Source: Paragordius varius
Taxonomy: Eukaryota > Animalia > Nematomorpha
Assembly (NCBI GenBank): GCA_964247055.1
Contig: OZ176050.1
Span: forward strand, 7,254,001 to 7,318,000
Length of the DNA: 64,000 bases
Reading direction: 5' to 3'
Shown: positions 62,368 through 64,000 of the stretch, in pieces
How positions within the stretch are numbered: position 1 is the stretch's first letter
Layout: each line of letters opens with the position of its first letter
Notes under the pieces: model-generated
Told to the model about the DNA's origin: nothing
Seen by the model: only the letters and a program-made list of their open reading frames with translations
Database searches by the model: none
Made by a program: the position numbers and the translations under genes

Positions 62368-63728
62368 TAGATTTTCAGACGGAAACAATTGATTATTGTT
62401 ATTTTATTTGTCCATATATATCTTTTGTCATACCACTTACAGTCTAAATTCACCCTTTAACAATTCAAATTCACACTTGACCAATTAAAATTCACCGTAA
62501 AAAAACAATTAGGTGTTTTCGAACTAATATAACTCATTATTAATATGAAATATATATTTATGCATATATTATTTCAGTGTAATTTTAATTTTAAACATAA
62601 TTTTATTTTTTTTAAATATGTTAAAATATAGGAAATTTTTAATTTTAGAAAACAAATAATTTATTTAAGGGTGAATTTGCATTCAAGGGTGAGTTTGAAA
62701 TCAAGGGTGAATTTGAATAAATGGTATATATTTTTAAAAAAAATTATTATCGATAATGTCAAAAGATGAAATTGACATTTTATATGCTAACCGAAGATTA
62801 ATGCGTGTTAAAATCATGTAATAGGTTGTAAAACAACGAACGGTTTCATAAATTTTCCTAATTTTTATACGTTGTAAACTTTATTTTTGCTTTAATTTTT
62901 ATAATTGGCCTGTGTGTAATATTTTTATCTTATATTTTTCAAAACACGATATAATTATTTCAAAAATAGCTTGATTGTAATCCAATTTACTTTTTGTGTT
63001 TAAAAAATAAATGGTAATAATTAGTTGTGTATAGATTTACAAAATTGACAAAAAATTATATTTAACCAAAAACAATTGGGAAGAAAATTATTTTTGCAAA
63101 CTGTTGCGGTTCCAATAAACCTTATCACAAAAATATTTACCATTGAAAAGATTTAAAGTCCAAACGTAAATGTAATATCCTGAATCCATTTCCTCGTCTG
63201 ATCCATTAATGTTATTCAATCCTGGTTGAACGCTAAAAAATACAAAAATTAGATATATTCCCACAAAATGCAAAAGATCAATTTTTTAAAACGACATCTT
63301 CACTTTTCAAACGCTGATTATGTTTAGTATAACTTCTGTTACAAAATAAGGCATACATAGAGATGTAAATTAATAACTTATAATTATGACAATTCTAATC
63401 ATAAAGGGTAAAAAATTAAGGTTGAGAAACTGTTGCTGACTGTAAAATTTTTGTCTTTTCGTTTTTACGTTTTTTATCTTTTTAATATCAATTTTAAATG
63501 GTGCATTTCGTGGGGTAATGATTTAAAATTTTATAACAGAAATATTGATTAATTAAAAAATTTAGTAAACTACTTTTGTGGAGAAGAATCGAGAAAAACG
63601 ACAAGTACAATATAATAATCGACATTTTGGGTTAAATTGCTCAACATATTCATGTATAGTGGATCATTGCGTTTTTGAAACATGGCGTCAGGTTCAAAAA
63701 CATGTAATAGCTTAATATATGCCTGTTT
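25808..63728 (-). CDS. DMXL2: DmX-like / Rabconnectin-3 alpha (Rav1 family, V-ATPase assembly scaffold); 5'-partial, 65 coding exons in window
   Basis: Colinear DMXL motifs: PYSLVIACSDATVRFLKC, IFECESSGGSDWILE, LPQYHPKQLVELL, LPLLTAQEQMQLLALADTI, AFAWAFHS, GCGWWVKD, NALDAALFY, RKAASKNAFALLGKH, ERHLYFACAYTYIKIGCPMLALQILEKL, LKWLACL, IKRLWLRLV, HETPIKCMALD, RIYSCGMDG. Hand-traced GT-AG exons in transcript order (low-high): 63574-63728, 63141-63232, 61785-62030, 59735-59875, 59317-59424, 59002-59191, 58523-58602, 58078-58113, 57863-58012, 57110-57286, 56440-56559, 56043-56339, 55607-55759, 55086-55226, 53549-53720, 53073-53158, 51914-52162, 50707-50906, 49768-49927, 49000-49287, 48559-48754, 47602-47707, 46862-47049, 46562-46672, 46140-46197, 45787-45871, 45587-45692, 45363-45427, 44873-45032, 44486-44553, 43740-43940, 43250-43374, 43065-43171, 42323-42409, 41812-41972, 41466-41728, 40289-40463, 39072-39149, 38574-38759, 38061-38185, 37215-37485, 36361-36633, 35609-35692, 35452-35532, 34673-35128, 34423-34498, 33379-33647, 32901-33013, 32483-32657, 31422-31631, 31100-31330, 30756-30825, 30274-30472, 29748-29844, 29385-29443, 29216-29312, 28845-29040, 28323-28443, 27990-28050, 27379-27536, 27031-27114, 26817-26964, 26558-26737, 26316-26473, 25808-26236 (TAA). 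Phases are compatible throughout; a few boundaries in low-complexity exons are ambiguous. Invertebrates usually have one DMXL gene, so DMXL1 versus DMXL2 cannot be distinguished. Confidence 0.95.
27686..27944. mobile_element. 259-bp hAT-like MITE in a DMXL intron
   Basis: CAGGGATGT ... ACACCCCTG termini. The 8-bp flanks CTCTAAAT and GTCTGATA both resemble the nTCTAGAn target typical of CAGGG-ended hAT (Charlie-type) elements but match each other at only 4/8 positions. Confidence 0.55.
35982..36218. mobile_element. Degenerate MITE, same intronic family
   Basis: TA|CAGCATAAATCATAATTTTAAAGACAAAACGTAAAAA ... TACGTATTGTCTTTATAATTATTTTTACTA, with the internal TGGGTTGC...GAGATG motif. Confidence 0.65.
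39201..39631. mobile_element. Internally deleted (~430 bp) relative of the 60507-61773 element, in a DMXL intron
   Basis: Starts TA|CACTGTGTGCAAAAG and ends TTTTGCACACAATA|TA. The body is colinear with ~61360-61773 (shared GCAAACGAATATGCTGGCCATAAGCTATCT-like and AAACCCTAAT-like motifs). Confidence 0.8.
43441..43690. mobile_element. Degenerate MITE, same intronic family
   Basis: TA|CAATAAAAAATAAAATTATAAAG ... TACATTTTGTCTTTCGTTATAATTTATTTT. Confidence 0.5.
45074..45353. mobile_element. Degenerate MITE, same intronic family, filling most of a 330-bp intron
   Basis: CAGTAAAAATAAAAATTATA at left, TTTGTCTTTCATTTTTACGG...GATTTTTAC at right, internal ACCAATTTACATCTCTATTT motif. Confidence 0.55.
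45787..49287 (-). other. DMXL2: DMXL exons encoding the Rav1p_C core region
   Basis: ESLDGPGLRYCIALRQ, AFAWAFHSNSQ, WLDFKRYGCGWWVKD, NALDAALFYIILNKKAVLQGLFR, KAASKNAFALLGKHKYELAVAFFLL, VCLKNLKDLQLALVICRL. Confidence 0.9.
48133..48400. mobile_element. Degenerate MITE, same intronic family
   Basis: TA|CAGAAAAAATTTAAATT ... TTTTTGTCTTTCTAATTTTAATTTTTACTG. Confidence 0.6.
54296..54874. mobile_element. ~580-bp TIR element with 21-bp subterminal tandem repeats, in a DMXL intron
   Basis: TAATATACCATT ... AATGGTATATTA. AAGGACCAACTTGAAGTGTTC is repeated about 3 times at 54780-54845, with reverse-complement copies at 54320-54425. Confidence 0.7.
58707..58927. mobile_element. 221-bp MITE, same intronic family
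   Basis: TA|CAGTAAAAACTAAAATCATAAAGCC ... GCCTTTACAATTTTATTTTTTACTG|TA. Confidence 0.75.
59908..60169. mobile_element. 262-bp Tc1/mariner-type MITE (intronic family, best-preserved copy)
   Basis: TA|CAGTAAAAATTGAAATTATACGGACAAAACG ... CGTTTTGTCCGTATAATTTCAGTTTTGACTG|TA; imperfect TIR of ~45 bp with TA target duplication. Confidence 0.85.
60507..61773. mobile_element. 1.27-kb palindromic non-autonomous DNA element with CACTG ends (CMC/EnSpm-like), in a DMXL intron
   Basis: Arms ~60507-61113 and ~61163-61773 are imperfect reverse complements, spacer ~50 bp. Ends are CACTGTGTGCAAAA ... TTTTGCACACAGTG, embedded in TA-repeat flanks. The superfamily call rests only on the CACTG termini. Confidence 0.82.
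62006..62420 (-). repeat. Tandem duplication (period ~237 bp) of a DMXL intron/exon junction
   Basis: TTTCTGATTAAATTATTTATGCAAATAAGTAATACTT occurs at ~62028 and ~62265, each followed by a (TA)n tract and TTAGATTTTCAGAC. The exon-side sequence is also duplicated. Confidence 0.85.
62331..62362. repeat. (TA)16 microsatellite
   Basis: Direct read; other (TA)n tracts at ~9357, ~37995-38020, ~41158, ~57008 and ~62095. Confidence 0.95.
62431..62726. mobile_element. ~295-bp TIR element with AAATTCACCCTT subterminal repeats, in a DMXL intron
   Basis: TACCACTT ... AAATGGTA. Three AAATTCAC(C/A)C-type copies at left and three AAGGGTGA(A/G)TTTG at right. Confidence 0.6.
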
Positions 63729-64000
63729 CTATAAAATATATAAATAAATGTTGAAATGTAAACATATGAAACTCATTTATATATATAGTAAGAATATACA
63801 ATAAAAAAGTAATAAGTAACTAATGTTTTTTATATAAAGAACAATATTTTTCGTTTTGGAATAAACTAACTGTACGATTATAATTGTAAATAATAGTAAA
63901 AACGATTGGTTATATTTAGAAAATAGTATCAAAAAATATATTTTTCTTTATAATTTATTTTACTTTTCATTTATCAATTTAATCTTTACTGTAGTAAAAA

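Noticed and set aside
28090-63500. The intronic MITEs as Introner elements that created the DMXL introns
   Set aside because: MITE ends do not coincide with the GT/AG boundaries (offsets from ~8 to hundreds of bp) and they occur in introns of all three phases. They look like later insertions.
1-64000. tRNA, rRNA, non-standard genetic code or intact transposase
   Set aside because: No cloverleaf or rRNA-like segment was recognised by eye (tRNAscan-SE/Infernal would be decisive). DMXL translates cleanly with the standard code, and no DDE transposase ORF is in the ORF track.

Overview
AT-rich (roughly 25% GC by eye) eukaryotic, most likely invertebrate-animal, genomic DNA; the species cannot be identified from this window. 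All recognisable genes are on the minus strand. Positions 25808-63728 hold the 3' part of a very intron-rich DMXL/Rabconnectin-3-alpha (yeast Rav1-like) gene. I traced 65 coding exons by hand in one continuous frame (about 10.2 kb, about 3,390 aa); its 5' end lies beyond the window. The left part holds a single-exon TMEM249/CATSPER-theta-like gene (17440-18087), an intronless 1200-aa low-complexity orphan ORF (4193-7795) and a small low-complexity ORF (12494-12835). The window is rich in non-coding inverted-repeat elements: a 4.54-kb near-perfect foldback palindrome with TA|CAGT ends and mirrored ~108-bp arrays (19823-24362), a 1.27-kb CACTG-ended palindrome plus a half-copy, a family of ~220-280-bp TA|CAGT MITEs in many DMXL introns, and piggyBac-, hAT- and pogo-like MITEs. 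The hand-built exon model also shows an excess of phase-1 introns and degenerate 5' splice sites (+5G rare). No tRNA, rRNA, CRISPR or intact transposase was recognised. All homology calls rest on motif recall, not on a database search, and all counts are manual.
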